From a virus: 64,000 nucleotides of DNA. The DNA lies in the IMG/VR virus record IMGVR_UViG_3300023223_001361, positions 90,113 through 154,112 of that record, one strand, 5' to 3'. Under the pieces are notes generated by a model, which was given only the letters and a program-made list of their open reading frames with translations, searched no databases and had not been told where the DNA came from. The translations under genes were made by a program, and so were the position numbers. Of this stretch, positions 1-8,170 are shown one piece after another (the first letter of the stretch is position 1; the number at the start of each line of letters is the position of its first letter).

Positions 1-4
1 GTAC

Positions 5-29
5 AAAAAACTGGCACGCGAATGTGCCA
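5..29 (-). terminator. Rho-independent terminator for the leftward early genes
   Basis: TGGCAC-gcgaat-GTGCCA hairpin (12-29) next to an A6 run that reads U6 on the minus strand. Confidence 0.65.
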
Positions 30-86
30 AGAAGTCAATGAAAACTTTGTTGCCAGGTGTCATAAAATGATTGGAGAAATTTTAGA

Positions 87-359
87 TTAGATAAGATTTT
101 CAAATTCTTTTATGATTTCCTCAAACTTCGAAAAGTCGTATATATCACGAAACTTATACCTGCCTCTATATCCACTATTACGCATTGATTGCGAACGAGC
201 TTTATAGCGTTTCATATCAGAGATGATGCCCTGGATATCTTCTTTGTTAAGTTTGTCTATATATTGTAACCATTCATCAAGGGCAAGCCCAGTTATACAG
301 AACGCTTCACCATATAGCTTCTTAATATTATCCATTTCTTTTTGTTCCGTGTCATTCAT
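87..359 (-). CDS. hypothetical protein
   Basis: 90-aa ORF in a leftward unit between a sigma70 promoter and a terminator. Confidence 0.6.
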   Translation of the reverse strand: MNDTEQKEMDNIKKLYGEAFCITGLALDEWLQYIDKLNKEDIQGIISDMKRYKARSQSMRNSGYRGRYKFRDIYDFSKFEEIIKEFENLI

Positions 360-360
360 T

Positions 361-573
361 TTAACGATCTCCAGAGCCTTTCAAATAATCCTCAAGCGAT
401 GAATCAGAATCAAAAAACTTTTTTGAATCAAGAAAACCTTCCATATACCGAAAACGTCCATGTTCTTCAATCTTTGTTTTTCTTCCGAATTCATCGAATG
501 GATAAAAACCAAAAAACAACATACCCAGTATGCCACAAATAACTGCTAGTGAAGAGAGTATTCCAAATAACAT
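361..573 (-). CDS. hypothetical protein with N-terminal TM helix
   Basis: hydrophobic N-terminus; abuts the next ORF. Confidence 0.5.
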   Translation of the reverse strand: MLFGILSSLAVICGILGMLFFGFYPFDEFGRKTKIEEHGRFRYMEGFLDSKKFFDSDSSLEDYLKGSGDR

Positions 574-755
574 ATTGATTCTCCTTTAATATCTTAATAC
601 ATACAATTACTATATCGTCAGAAACCCTATATAACTTTAGAATTCTAGGCACAAAAAAAGACTGCTCCAGAACGGAGCAGCCTAGAAGGAGGTTCACGAC
701 AAACATAGGATAAATCATAATGAAGGATTCTATATATTTCCTTCTTATACTTTAT

Positions 756-784
756 ATTCTATCAGTCTTCATACTCTTTGTCAA
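756..784 (-). promoter_or_regulatory. sigma70-type early promoter (leftward)
   Basis: minus strand TTGACA(784-779)-N17-TAGAAT(761-756). Confidence 0.8.
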
Positions 785-829
785 GACATTTTTCGTTTCT
801 ATGCCTCCATAATCATTAAAGATTTTAAG

Positions 830-938
830 AAAAAAAGCCTCGTCGTGACTGTACACACAACGAGGCTTCCTAAGAGACTTGCTTAACGGATCGTCTTACC
901 GCACACGGTTTGCCAAACCGTGCGGCGTTCAAGTCTTT
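830..938 (-). ncRNA. putative ~110-nt structured small RNA with its own promoter and terminator
   Basis: promoter at 945-973; AGACTTG/CAAGTCT stem, CACGGTTT/AAACCGTG hairpin, terminator AAGCCTCGT/ACGAGGCTT + U tract; no ATG ORF. Confidence 0.65.
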
Positions 939-944
939 AGACTC

Positions 945-973
945 ATTCTATCAATATTTGTTCCATCTGTCAA
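945..973 (-). promoter_or_regulatory. sigma70-type promoter driving the sRNA
   Basis: minus strand TTGACA(973-968)-N17-TAGAAT(950-945). Confidence 0.8.
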
Positions 974-1040
974 CTCTTTTCTCAACTATAGCGATTTTTT
1001 GTTACGTTATGCAACTTTGGTACCATAGGTGTCATCAGAA

Positions 1041-1096
1041 CGAATATTCAGTCATTAATTTAATGACTGAATATTCGTCGAATATTCAGTCATTAA
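1041..1096. repeat. three perfect 18-bp units in alternating orientation (fwd/rev/fwd)
   Basis: CGAATATTCAGTCATTAA at 1041-1058, reverse complement at 1060-1077, forward again at 1079-1096; single-T spacers. Confidence 0.95.
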
Positions 1097-1192
1097 TGAA
1101 AGCACTAGAACGATCATTCGATCTGTGAAATTTTTAGAGATTTTTGGCGAAGTTGGCTCTTTTCTGGGGAATTTAGAATTGTCGAATTCTCC

Positions 1193-1221
1193 TTGACAAG
1201 GTGTCGCCTGCATGAGATAAT
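1193..1221 (+). promoter_or_regulatory. sigma70-type early promoter (rightward)
   Basis: TTGACA-N17-GATAAT followed by AGGAG RBS. Confidence 0.8.
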
Positions 1222-1243
1222 ATAAGAGTAGGAGATATATGAC

Positions 1244-1402
1244 ATGAAAACGAAAAATCCAAAAACCCCAATGCAGTGTCTAGAGTGTAATAAGAAGTTT
1301 AATAAGGTTATCACGGATCGCACGTATGAAGTTCGATGCCCACGTTGTAAAGGGTACGATACTGAGGTTGCTTGTAATCTCTTATCATATGAGGGTAAAT
1401 AA
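1244..1402 (+). CDS. small zinc-ribbon protein (52 aa, not in ORF track)
   Basis: MKTKNPKTPMQCLECNKKF...VRCPRCKGYD, two CxxC; RBS; paralog of 7669..7824. Confidence 0.75.
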   Translation: MKTKNPKTPMQCLECNKKFNKVITDRTYEVRCPRCKGYDTEVACNLLSYEGK

Positions 1403-1404
1403 CG

Positions 1405-1644
1405 ATGAAAAAAGAAATTAAAGAATTCAAATATCAACATCCTGCTTCTTTTAGTGGACACACGATCCGATTAATCCAGAATGGTAACAGATACTTAGTA
1501 GCACATTATCTGCCCGGCGGTGAGGATCTTTATCCTCATGGATATAGATACAGCAATCTAGCTGCCGCTGAAGCTCAGATAGAAGATATTGAAGCTCACT
1601 TAATCGAGCAAGGTTATGAGGTGTCAGCACGATACTATTTCTAA
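1405..1644 (+). CDS. hypothetical protein
   Basis: 79-aa ORF coupled to the upstream gene. Confidence 0.7.
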   Translation: MKKEIKEFKYQHPASFSGHTIRLIQNGNRYLVAHYLPGGEDLYPHGYRYSNLAAAEAQIEDIEAHLIEQGYEVSARYYF

Positions 1645-1727
1645 CAGAGGAATTAGCTTAATGAATGAGAAGCAAAAGCTCGAAAAGCACAGTGATGTAT
1701 TATATAGATTAAAGATAAGGAGATAAT

Positions 1728-2033
1728 ATGACACCAAATTTTTGGAATGACTTTAATCAGTTTCTTGTTGCTGCTCAAGAAGTGATCGATGAGTATTGGA
1801 TTATGTCAAAATTCGATCCTGAGAGGAAACCGGATCTTGATTGGTCTGAAGGGAAGCGGTATGTCAAGGTATTTCGAGAAGGTTCGGTTCATTGTTTCGT
1901 GGATAAGACTAATGGAAATATCCTTAAAGCTGCCAGTTGGAAAGCTCCAGCGAAACATGCTAGAGGCAATATAGGAGATCCAGATAACGGTCAGTCTGCT
2001 ATGGGCCCGCATGGTGCTAATTATTTGAGGTAA
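1728..2033 (+). CDS. conserved phage hypothetical protein
   Basis: SVHCFVDK..G.ILKAASWKAPAK.ARGNI motif typical of a large-myovirus family; AGGAG RBS. Confidence 0.75.
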   Translation: MTPNFWNDFNQFLVAAQEVIDEYWIMSKFDPERKPDLDWSEGKRYVKVFREGSVHCFVDKTNGNILKAASWKAPAKHARGNIGDPDNGQSAMGPHGANYLR

Positions 2034-2043
2034 TACAAAAGTT

Positions 2044-2205
2044 ATGACCCAGATATCAATAATCGATGACATATATTTGGAAGGATATACTGCCTATGTT
2101 GCAGGCTTAGATATTCATGATAATCCTTATAACAGTGGTGATGAACTTAGTTCATGGGATGATGGATGGTATCAAGCAAGACAAGATATATTAGATGAGA
2201 TGTAA
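2044..2205 (+). CDS. Rmf/CrpP-like small protein (53 aa, not in ORF track)
   Basis: EGYTAYVAG...NPY...SWDDGWYQA matches the Rmf pattern GYxAGxxG...PY...WxxGW. Confidence 0.55.
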   Translation: MTQISIIDDIYLEGYTAYVAGLDIHDNPYNSGDELSSWDDGWYQARQDILDEM

Positions 2206-2407
2206 AATCTGCAAAGGAGAAGATTGCGAAGCAATCGAGTGTGAAGTTTGTCAAAAGCTATATTGTGTATGGCAGCTTAATGATCTCGGTTCTAAAGACT
2301 GTTGCGATGATTGCACGGAGATATGTTATTCTTGTGGTGGTTGTGGGATCGAATATGAAGAGACTTGTTTCACATGTGCCGGCCGCGGTAAAGTAGCTAT
2401 AGAATAA
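2195..2407 (+). CDS. Cys-rich hypothetical protein
   Basis: several CxxC motifs. Confidence 0.6.
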   Translation: MRCKICKGEDCEAIECEVCQKLYCVWQLNDLGSKDCCDDCTEICYSCGGCGIEYEETCFTCAGRGKVAIE

Positions 2408-2575
2408 AGGAATCATATAAGGATCACCTATGTTAACTGTAATACTTCTTCTGATAGTCCTTCTGGTTGTTGTCTCAGCTTTTTTGGAGTAATATGGAAA
2501 TCGCAGCAGGCATTATTGGCTTTATTATTGGTGTGCTATTGACGAATATAGCATGGATAGTCTACTTCACTATAA

Positions 2576-3076
2576 TTGTTGAAGATTGAAATGATTGAAG
2601 CACTAAAAGCAACAGCAATTAAGAAAGGATATATTCAGGGAAATATTGAAATGCCGTACGAAGCCACGGTGAGATGGCACATAGAAGAATTGACATATGA
2701 ATATAAGGAATACAGAGATTGTAAGGATGATCCTACAGCTTATATATTCACACATAAAACATTTAAAGATTATAAATTCGCAATATATCCACATATAGGA
2801 TTCGACCAAATAAGAAAATTGTATGATAACACAAAGAGAACACACATTGCATTTGATAATGTTAATGATATAATAGAAACTGTTATGTCGAGAATAGGCA
2901 CAGATGATAAATCTACAGCCTTTATGTATATTGACATGTGTACGGAGATGTTGAAAATAGCAGCTGATACAGAAGATATAAGAATTATACAAGAAGAAGT
3001 TAATAATATTAAAAACAGAGCTGGAGCATTAAAATGGTTCAGGCAAAGTGGCTGGGCCGATGTGCCAGGAGAATGA
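2576..3076 (+). CDS. hypothetical protein
   Basis: 166-aa ORF in a dense early operon. Confidence 0.7.
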   Translation: MLKIEMIEALKATAIKKGYIQGNIEMPYEATVRWHIEELTYEYKEYRDCKDDPTAYIFTHKTFKDYKFAIYPHIGFDQIRKLYDNTKRTHIAFDNVNDIIETVMSRIGTDDKSTAFMYIDMCTEMLKIAADTEDIRIIQEEVNNIKNRAGALKWFRQSGWADVPGE

Positions 3077-3082
3077 GTTAAT

Positions 3083-3295
3083 ATGCCAAGATACTTAAAA
3101 GCAGAAGAGGAGAACCAAATTAGCAATCTCTTAGATAATGCTGAAGTAGTAGGGGACGGCCCTGTTATCAAAGATGCCTTTTATAGGATATTCCGATTAG
3201 AAGAAAAACATTATGCCGTTCTTCTAACCAGTGTTGATTTTTGGACATGTGCCATCGAAGAGATAGAAGACTATGAAGTGGAGAATTACATTTGA
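3083..3295 (+). CDS. hypothetical protein
   Basis: 70-aa ORF in the operon. Confidence 0.65.
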   Translation: MPRYLKAEEENQISNLLDNAEVVGDGPVIKDAFYRIFRLEEKHYAVLLTSVDFWTCAIEEIEDYEVENYI

Positions 3296-3627
3296 TGAAT
3301 AATGCCGTTGAAAAGATTCTTGATCATTTAGATATTGTGATAAATGATTATTATCAAATTACTGAATCTACACGATGCTCAAGTCTCGTTACAAGAGAGT
3401 GTATATGTCGTGCTAGTGCTTTAGAAGATTTAATAGAATGGATTAAGAATACATTTGATGAGTAGTAACCCAAGGAAAAGACTAAGAGAAAAAGGTTTTA
3501 TAACGATATTAATGATATCTGATAAGGGCGAGCCTTCTGTTATACTTGTTCGTGCCGAAGAACCAAAGAAAACTAAAGATATTCAGCGTTGGGAAAAGAA
3601 AGGATATAAATTTGTTAAAGAGGTAAT

Positions 3628-3849
3628 ATGACAGCTATCTTAGAAACCATTTCCGAAAAAATGAATCGTCTTGCTTATCAGTACTATGAAACAGATAGAA
3701 CACAATATGCAAAAAGAATGATCAAAGTAAGATTTGGTGAATTGTTACATCTTGCTGATGATATTTTCCATTGTTCCAGAATGGAATGGATGAGTAAATT
3801 AGATGAGAATTCTAAAAATTTATATCATCATATTTTGGCATACGGATGA
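3628..3849 (+). CDS. hypothetical protein
   Basis: GAGG RBS; 73 aa. Confidence 0.65.
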   Translation: MTAILETISEKMNRLAYQYYETDRTQYAKRMIKVRFGELLHLADDIFHCSRMEWMSKLDENSKNLYHHILAYG

Positions 3850-3867
3850 ATACGAAAAAGGAATATT

Positions 3868-4068
3868 ATGAATGTATACGTTGTATATACATGGACAAGA
3901 GATTACTATATTGATGAGGATGCTGCCAATTGCGAGGTATATTCTACTCTAAAAGCGGCAAGAAAAAGAGTTAAAGAATTGAAATCCGAAGCCTCGAAAA
4001 CGTATAATGCTGGTGATGATGAAGGAATTGAAATAATCCGAAAGGAGTTGAATCCGAAAAGAAAGTAA
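3868..4068 (+). CDS. hypothetical protein
   Basis: AGGA RBS; 66 aa. Confidence 0.65.
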   Translation: MNVYVVYTWTRDYYIDEDAANCEVYSTLKAARKRVKELKSEASKTYNAGDDEGIEIIRKELNPKRK

Positions 4069-4240
4069 TGGATTAAAGGAGTATTATGACACACTTAGAA
4101 CTTTTTATTCTTTATCTTCTTCTCGGTATTTTTGGTTTTATTCTTGGTTTTATTATTCAATGTTTACTAAATAAGATATCTCACCGGGTCAATTAGACAC
4201 TGTATCGCCTTCGGGAGAAACAGACAATGATTGATTTACC

Positions 4241-4312
4241 CCCTGCTGAAAGACTCCCGCTTTGGGTTGATAGCCTGAAGGTCCTCGGGTTGGGTTAGTA
4301 AGCAGGGTTTTT
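4241..4312 (+). ncRNA. GC-rich structured RNA element ending in a U tract
   Basis: CCCTGCT/AGCAGGG outer stem, GAA/AGTA internal loop, CTTTGGGT/GCCTGAAG hairpin with G-U pairs, TTTTT. Confidence 0.5.
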
Positions 4313-4439
4313 CATTGATCCCTAAAGTTTCTCAAAAGGTATACCGATACATAATTTACTAAATATTATATGCCACTTTAGGGAGATAGCTAAGCTATAG
4401 GCACAATGAATAATCAAGGAAAACCACCAGATACGACTC

Positions 4440-4709
4440 TTGCGAGCGATCATATTCAACGGGTTGTTGACGAATATTTTAAGGATAAGGAAGATGAAAG
4501 GGAAAAGTCAAATTCAGGAAACGATGCAAGAAGTGCAATCGGCACTAGACAATCTTCCAAAGCCAAAAACAGCTAGTCAACAAATTGCGATTGGTTTAGT
4601 TATAGCATTATTGGGAGCCTTTTCGATCAGAATTACAAAACGTGTATTGGGACGTTTGAATATGCCTAAGAAGAAAAAGAGAAACAAAAACAAAACAAGA
4701 TCTAAATAG
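4440..4709 (+). CDS. hypothetical membrane protein (true start probably internal)
   Basis: one hydrophobic helix, Lys-rich tail. Confidence 0.5.
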   Translation: MRAIIFNGLLTNILRIRKMKGKSQIQETMQEVQSALDNLPKPKTASQQIAIGLVIALLGAFSIRITKRVLGRLNMPKKKKRNKNKTRSK

Positions 4710-4829
4710 TTTGACACGATAAGTCAATGTATAGATATATGCAATTGAGCAAGTGAAATCGATTTCGAAAATTTTTTGCCCAATATAAAATTTGATATAA
4801 GTCGTTTAATGGGAAAAGGAAATGAGGAA

Positions 4830-5129
4830 ATGAGTAAATCATTAGAACAAACGATTAGGGAACTCTCAGAAGCTTCTGCTAAAAGTTTCGAAAATAGGAG
4901 AACTTCTAAACAAACTTCGAAATCATTAAGAAAGAAAGTTGAGGTAGATGTATCAGATGCTCAGTTGACTCTTGTTAAATTAAGTAAAGAACTTAAAGAT
5001 TCTCTTACTGGTGGAGATACAACACATGATAGAGCAGCAAAAGATATAATGAAATCAATAGAGCAAGCAGTCAAAGCCTTAGACGCTCGAAAACTTTCAA
5101 GTACTGCTAAGAAATTAGGAATTAAATAA
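4830..5129 (+). CDS. putative internal head protein
   Basis: GAGG RBS before ATG 4830; N-terminus MSKSLEQTIRELSE resembles a T4 capsid-targeting leader; basic helical body. Confidence 0.5.
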   Translation: MSKSLEQTIRELSEASAKSFENRRTSKQTSKSLRKKVEVDVSDAQLTLVKLSKELKDSLTGGDTTHDRAAKDIMKSIEQAVKALDARKLSSTAKKLGIK

Positions 5130-5139
5130 AGCAGAAAAT

Positions 5140-5352
5140 ATGTATCAATCACTAATTGACACAATCAAAGAAAGAGCTATAGATGAAGCGACACCTGGTG
5201 CTGAAGGTGCTGCTGCTGTTGCAAGAGATGCTTATAAAGAGCAAGCAAGTAAACTTACAGCACGTTTGAAAAAGATTAATAGTTCCAAAGCAAGAGAGTT
5301 CCAATTACTTGCAGATAAAGCTGCCACTCTTGCAGATAAGATATTAGGGTAA
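5140..5352 (+). CDS. putative internal head protein
   Basis: MYQSLIDTIKERAIDE leader; Ala/Lys-rich. Confidence 0.45.
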   Translation: MYQSLIDTIKERAIDEATPGAEGAAAVARDAYKEQASKLTARLKKINSSKAREFQLLADKAATLADKILG

Positions 5353-5398
5353 TGTGAAAACTTTTCAACAACTACAAATGAATTAAGAGGAAAATGAA

Positions 5399-5632
5399 AT
5401 GAGTAAAACATTAGAACAATTTTTAATGACAGATTTCATGAGATCTAATAAATCTGAAACATTGAAAGAACAATTCTCCCCTAGAGAGAAAATTTTTATA
5501 AGTAAAGCTCTCAGTCTTTTAAAAACTGCTCAAGCAGAAATTGACAAACTTGTTGCTAGACAACATGCAGAAGCAAAACCAATAGCAAGTAAATTGTCTG
5601 AATTATCTAAGGAAATTCAAAAGCTCAAATAA
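5399..5632 (+). CDS. putative internal head protein
   Basis: MSKTLEQF...LKE leader. Confidence 0.5.
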   Translation: MSKTLEQFLMTDFMRSNKSETLKEQFSPREKIFISKALSLLKTAQAEIDKLVARQHAEAKPIASKLSELSKEIQKLK

Positions 5633-6270
5633 TGAAAACTTTCCAAGAAGCTACAAAGATATTAGCAAGAGGCACGAAAGTTCGGGTGCCTCATCAGGGT
5701 AAGCTAGTTACTGGCAAGATTGTAAGATTTGATAAGGGAGACAAACACGGATCTCCGTTCTATGTTGTTGATATAGGTAAGTTAAGATCTGAAAAAATTC
5801 CGGTTCAGAAAATTCGAGAAGATTTAAAAACTCTTCAAGAACTACAGAATGAATTAAAAGAAGCTCTCAAAAAACTGGATCCAAGAAAATTAAAGAAAGG
5901 TGATGTAGTAAGAGTAGTTTATCGTGGCGTTCCTAAAGGCGGCCCAGGTAAATTGATAACAGTACCAGATGCTAAGATTCTAAGTGCTAATACTAGCGGT
6001 AATTTATCTGTCGAATTTATCGATCCAAAAGAACCACGAAAGATTGTAAGAAGATCTGTTCAAGCTATTAAGGTTTTTGTAAAAGAAGGAAAATCTTTTG
6101 AAGAATCAAGAGCACAAGATGATGCTAAAAGAGAAAGGGAAACTCTTAAGTCAATAGAAAAAGGTTCTTTTAAAGGTGATGCTTCCGCTCGATTAAAAGC
6201 CATTCGCCAAACTGGCAGATCTACAGCAATTCGCAATCAGGCTGCAAAACTCTTAAATCAACAACGGTAG
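5632..6270 (+). CDS. putative internal head protein with two SH3/KOW-like modules
   Basis: MKTFQEA leader; RGTKVRV..GKIV and KKGDVVRVVY modules separated by acidic LKE linkers. Confidence 0.5.
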   Translation: MKTFQEATKILARGTKVRVPHQGKLVTGKIVRFDKGDKHGSPFYVVDIGKLRSEKIPVQKIREDLKTLQELQNELKEALKKLDPRKLKKGDVVRVVYRGVPKGGPGKLITVPDAKILSANTSGNLSVEFIDPKEPRKIVRRSVQAIKVFVKEGKSFEESRAQDDAKRERETLKSIEKGSFKGDASARLKAIRQTGRSTAIRNQAAKLLNQQR

Positions 6271-6374
6271 TAAAGTGGATATTAATCTGACCGAAGAGCA
6301 AGAAGGCACTCTTGAAAGTGCTCTCATTATTTTAGCTGAACTGCAAAAATTTCTCATTACACAACTAAGTCTGC

Positions 6375-6827
6375 CTACTCCCAATAAGCAGTAACTTCCC
6401 TTTCATTGTAATTTCTAACCTTCATACTTTCTCTTATTCGATAATAAGCGGAATGTATTTTGTTTCCTAAACCTCTTTTTCCTACCATTGTTTGGAACGC
6501 GATTTGCCATGCTTGTTCTAGCTTGTACTCGCTGTAGGTTAATTTGTATAATGCATATCTCCTGTTGACAGATACTATGCCGTTTGGGTAATGCTCATGG
6601 TCTTCGAATGAAAGGGAATCTGGATAGATTGTATGTCCTTCCGGCACCTCATTGGGATCCATCCAGCCTCCGAATTCCACTGTATCGAAATAGTAGAGAT
6701 GTGAGAGGTACTTGCAGACGCCACTGAGCGGGCCATCATAACAATTATCAAACCACAACATCGTTACTTCTTTGTTTGATAGTATTTCCATGTTATTATA
6801 TAGAGCCCCTAAATATTCTTTTAACAA
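6375..6827 (-). CDS. hypothetical protein
   Basis: 150-aa ORF; WFDNCYDGPLSGVC motif. Confidence 0.65.
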   Translation of the reverse strand: MLKEYLGALYNNMEILSNKEVTMLWFDNCYDGPLSGVCKYLSHLYYFDTVEFGGWMDPNEVPEGHTIYPDSLSFEDHEHYPNGIVSVNRRYALYKLTYSEYKLEQAWQIAFQTMVGKRGLGNKIHSAYYRIRESMKVRNYNEREVTAYWE

Positions 6828-6846
6828 GAAGTTTTGAGGTTTCTAG

Positions 6847-7488
6847 GTGAAACAATTTCTGAGCACAATTCTAATTCCTTTCTTATTGACTTTCACCCTT
6901 TGTTCTGTCACTGTTTTTGATCGTTTCTATACAGAATCTCCATTACCTGAAACTGTACATTACACCCTTCGATTGGGACATGGCACCTATACACCAATTC
7001 CAAAAAATTATGAAATGGTTCGAAAAGCTCTCTCGGATATTGAAGAAGAACTTAATGTGAAAATTAAAATTGTTGATTCCTTTGTTTATGAAGCTCCGAA
7101 GGAAACTTTAGGTTTGATGTGGACTGTACTTGAGTGCAAAGGTCAAGGGGACATCCATGCTCAGAACGAAAGTAAAATATTTGCCGATTTGACGATTTGC
7201 TTAGATGGGAATATGATTAGTAATGGCACAGGCGGAGTTGCTGTACCCGCTCTTGGTTCGATGGTTGCCCACACTTGGGAAAAAAACCTTTTTGGGGAAT
7301 TCTACAACAAAACACAATTAAAGACAATTAGCATAAATACTATCAAACATGAGATAGGTCATTTACTCGGTTGTGAGCATTCTCGATCTGGAATAATGTT
7401 CTGGAGAGCGAAATTGACAGATTACGAAAGTATTGGCAAATTTTCAAACGAATCAATTCGAGAAGTGAAAGAATATCACAATGGTTAA
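6847..7488 (+). CDS. matrixin-like (metzincin) zinc metalloprotease with signal/TM N-terminus
   Basis: HEIGHLLGCEH (HExxHxxGxxH) followed by Met-turn SGIM. Confidence 0.85.
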   Translation: MKQFLSTILIPFLLTFTLCSVTVFDRFYTESPLPETVHYTLRLGHGTYTPIPKNYEMVRKALSDIEEELNVKIKIVDSFVYEAPKETLGLMWTVLECKGQGDIHAQNESKIFADLTICLDGNMISNGTGGVAVPALGSMVAHTWEKNLFGEFYNKTQLKTISINTIKHEIGHLLGCEHSRSGIMFWRAKLTDYESIGKFSNESIREVKEYHNG

Positions 7489-7617
7489 TCCAAGTAAACT
7501 ATTAAAATTCCTAATTTAGTATAATTCCTACAGATTCCGACACGTTACAAAGGTATATAAACCCTTGTGATCATTCAAGAAAAAATCCTTAAATTACGCA
7601 AAGGGGAGACAGAAGAC

Positions 7618-7645
7618 TAAAGTTTTCTCTATTTTATGACGATAC
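7618..7645 (+). promoter_or_regulatory. sigma28 (FliA/SigD)-like promoter 1
   Basis: TAAAGTTT-N12-GACGATAC; 28 nt identical to promoter 4. Confidence 0.65.
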
Positions 7646-7668
7646 TTTATATAGAGGGAGGAAATAAT

Positions 7669-7824
7669 ATGAAAACAAAACTCAAATGTCAAGAATGTGG
7701 AAACAAGTTTTCAAAGACTATCAAAGCTGGTACGTATGAGATCAAGTGTCCCAAATGTAAGAGCTATGATGTGGATGTTGCTGATTATTATCAAGTCAAA
7801 TATGGAGAGGTTAAAAATGGGTAA
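7669..7824 (+). CDS. small zinc-ribbon protein
   Basis: MKTKLKCQECGNKF...IKCPKCKSYD; GGAGG RBS; paralog of 1244..1402. Confidence 0.75.
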   Translation: MKTKLKCQECGNKFSKTIKAGTYEIKCPKCKSYDVDVADYYQVKYGEVKNG

Positions 7825-8098
7825 AACAGTTCGAGTCACAAATGTAGTGGTATTAGTCGAAAAGACACCACATGGTACAACCAAAGAAACCATGTTAGCT
7901 TGGGAAGGTGCTGCTACTCAGAAGCGTCTGGAAGCTTATGTAATCAAATATATCGAATCTCTGAAACCTGGTGGTGTGAATGAGCACATTTCCGAGAGCT
8001 TGGGATATGTACCGATTCCTACAGAAGCAGTCATCAAGAATCAGAATAGCTGGAATACTAAAGCACACTGGAAAGCTCCTGCTTTTCTAGTATTTTAA
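7817..8098 (+). CDS. hypothetical protein
   Basis: start MGKTVRV at 7817 with GAGG RBS. Confidence 0.7.
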   Translation: MGKTVRVTNVVVLVEKTPHGTTKETMLAWEGAATQKRLEAYVIKYIESLKPGGVNEHISESLGYVPIPTEAVIKNQNSWNTKAHWKAPAFLVF

Positions 8099-8109
8099 AG
8101 ACCAGGAAC

Positions 8110-8137
8110 TAAAGTAAATCGGGGATTGAGACGATAT
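8110..8137 (+). promoter_or_regulatory. sigma28-like promoter 2
   Basis: TAAAGTAA-N12-GACGATAT. Confidence 0.65.
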
Positions 8138-8170
8138 TATATATGTAACGAGAAATTAAGGAGAAACATC

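Noticed and set aside
1041-1096. Protelomerase (telRL-type) hairpin-telomere site or CRISPR array
   Set aside because: No protelomerase gene in the window, and T4-like phages are not known to use hairpin ends. The units alternate in orientation with 1-nt spacers, so this is not CRISPR.
910-1461. ORFs 910..1128 (+) and 1114..1461 (-)
   Set aside because: They overlap promoters, the palindrome and the real zinc-ribbon gene, and lack an RBS.
4241-4312. Hammerhead ribozyme (CTGCTGA resembles CUGAUGA)
   Set aside because: The core is mismatched and no correctly placed GAAA/UH three-way junction could be built.
6272-6298. Possible fifth sigma28 promoter TAAAGTGG-N11-ACCGAAGA
   Set aside because: The -10 element is poor, it lacks the CTAAAG/GACGATA identity of the four true copies, and it overlaps a small ORF start.
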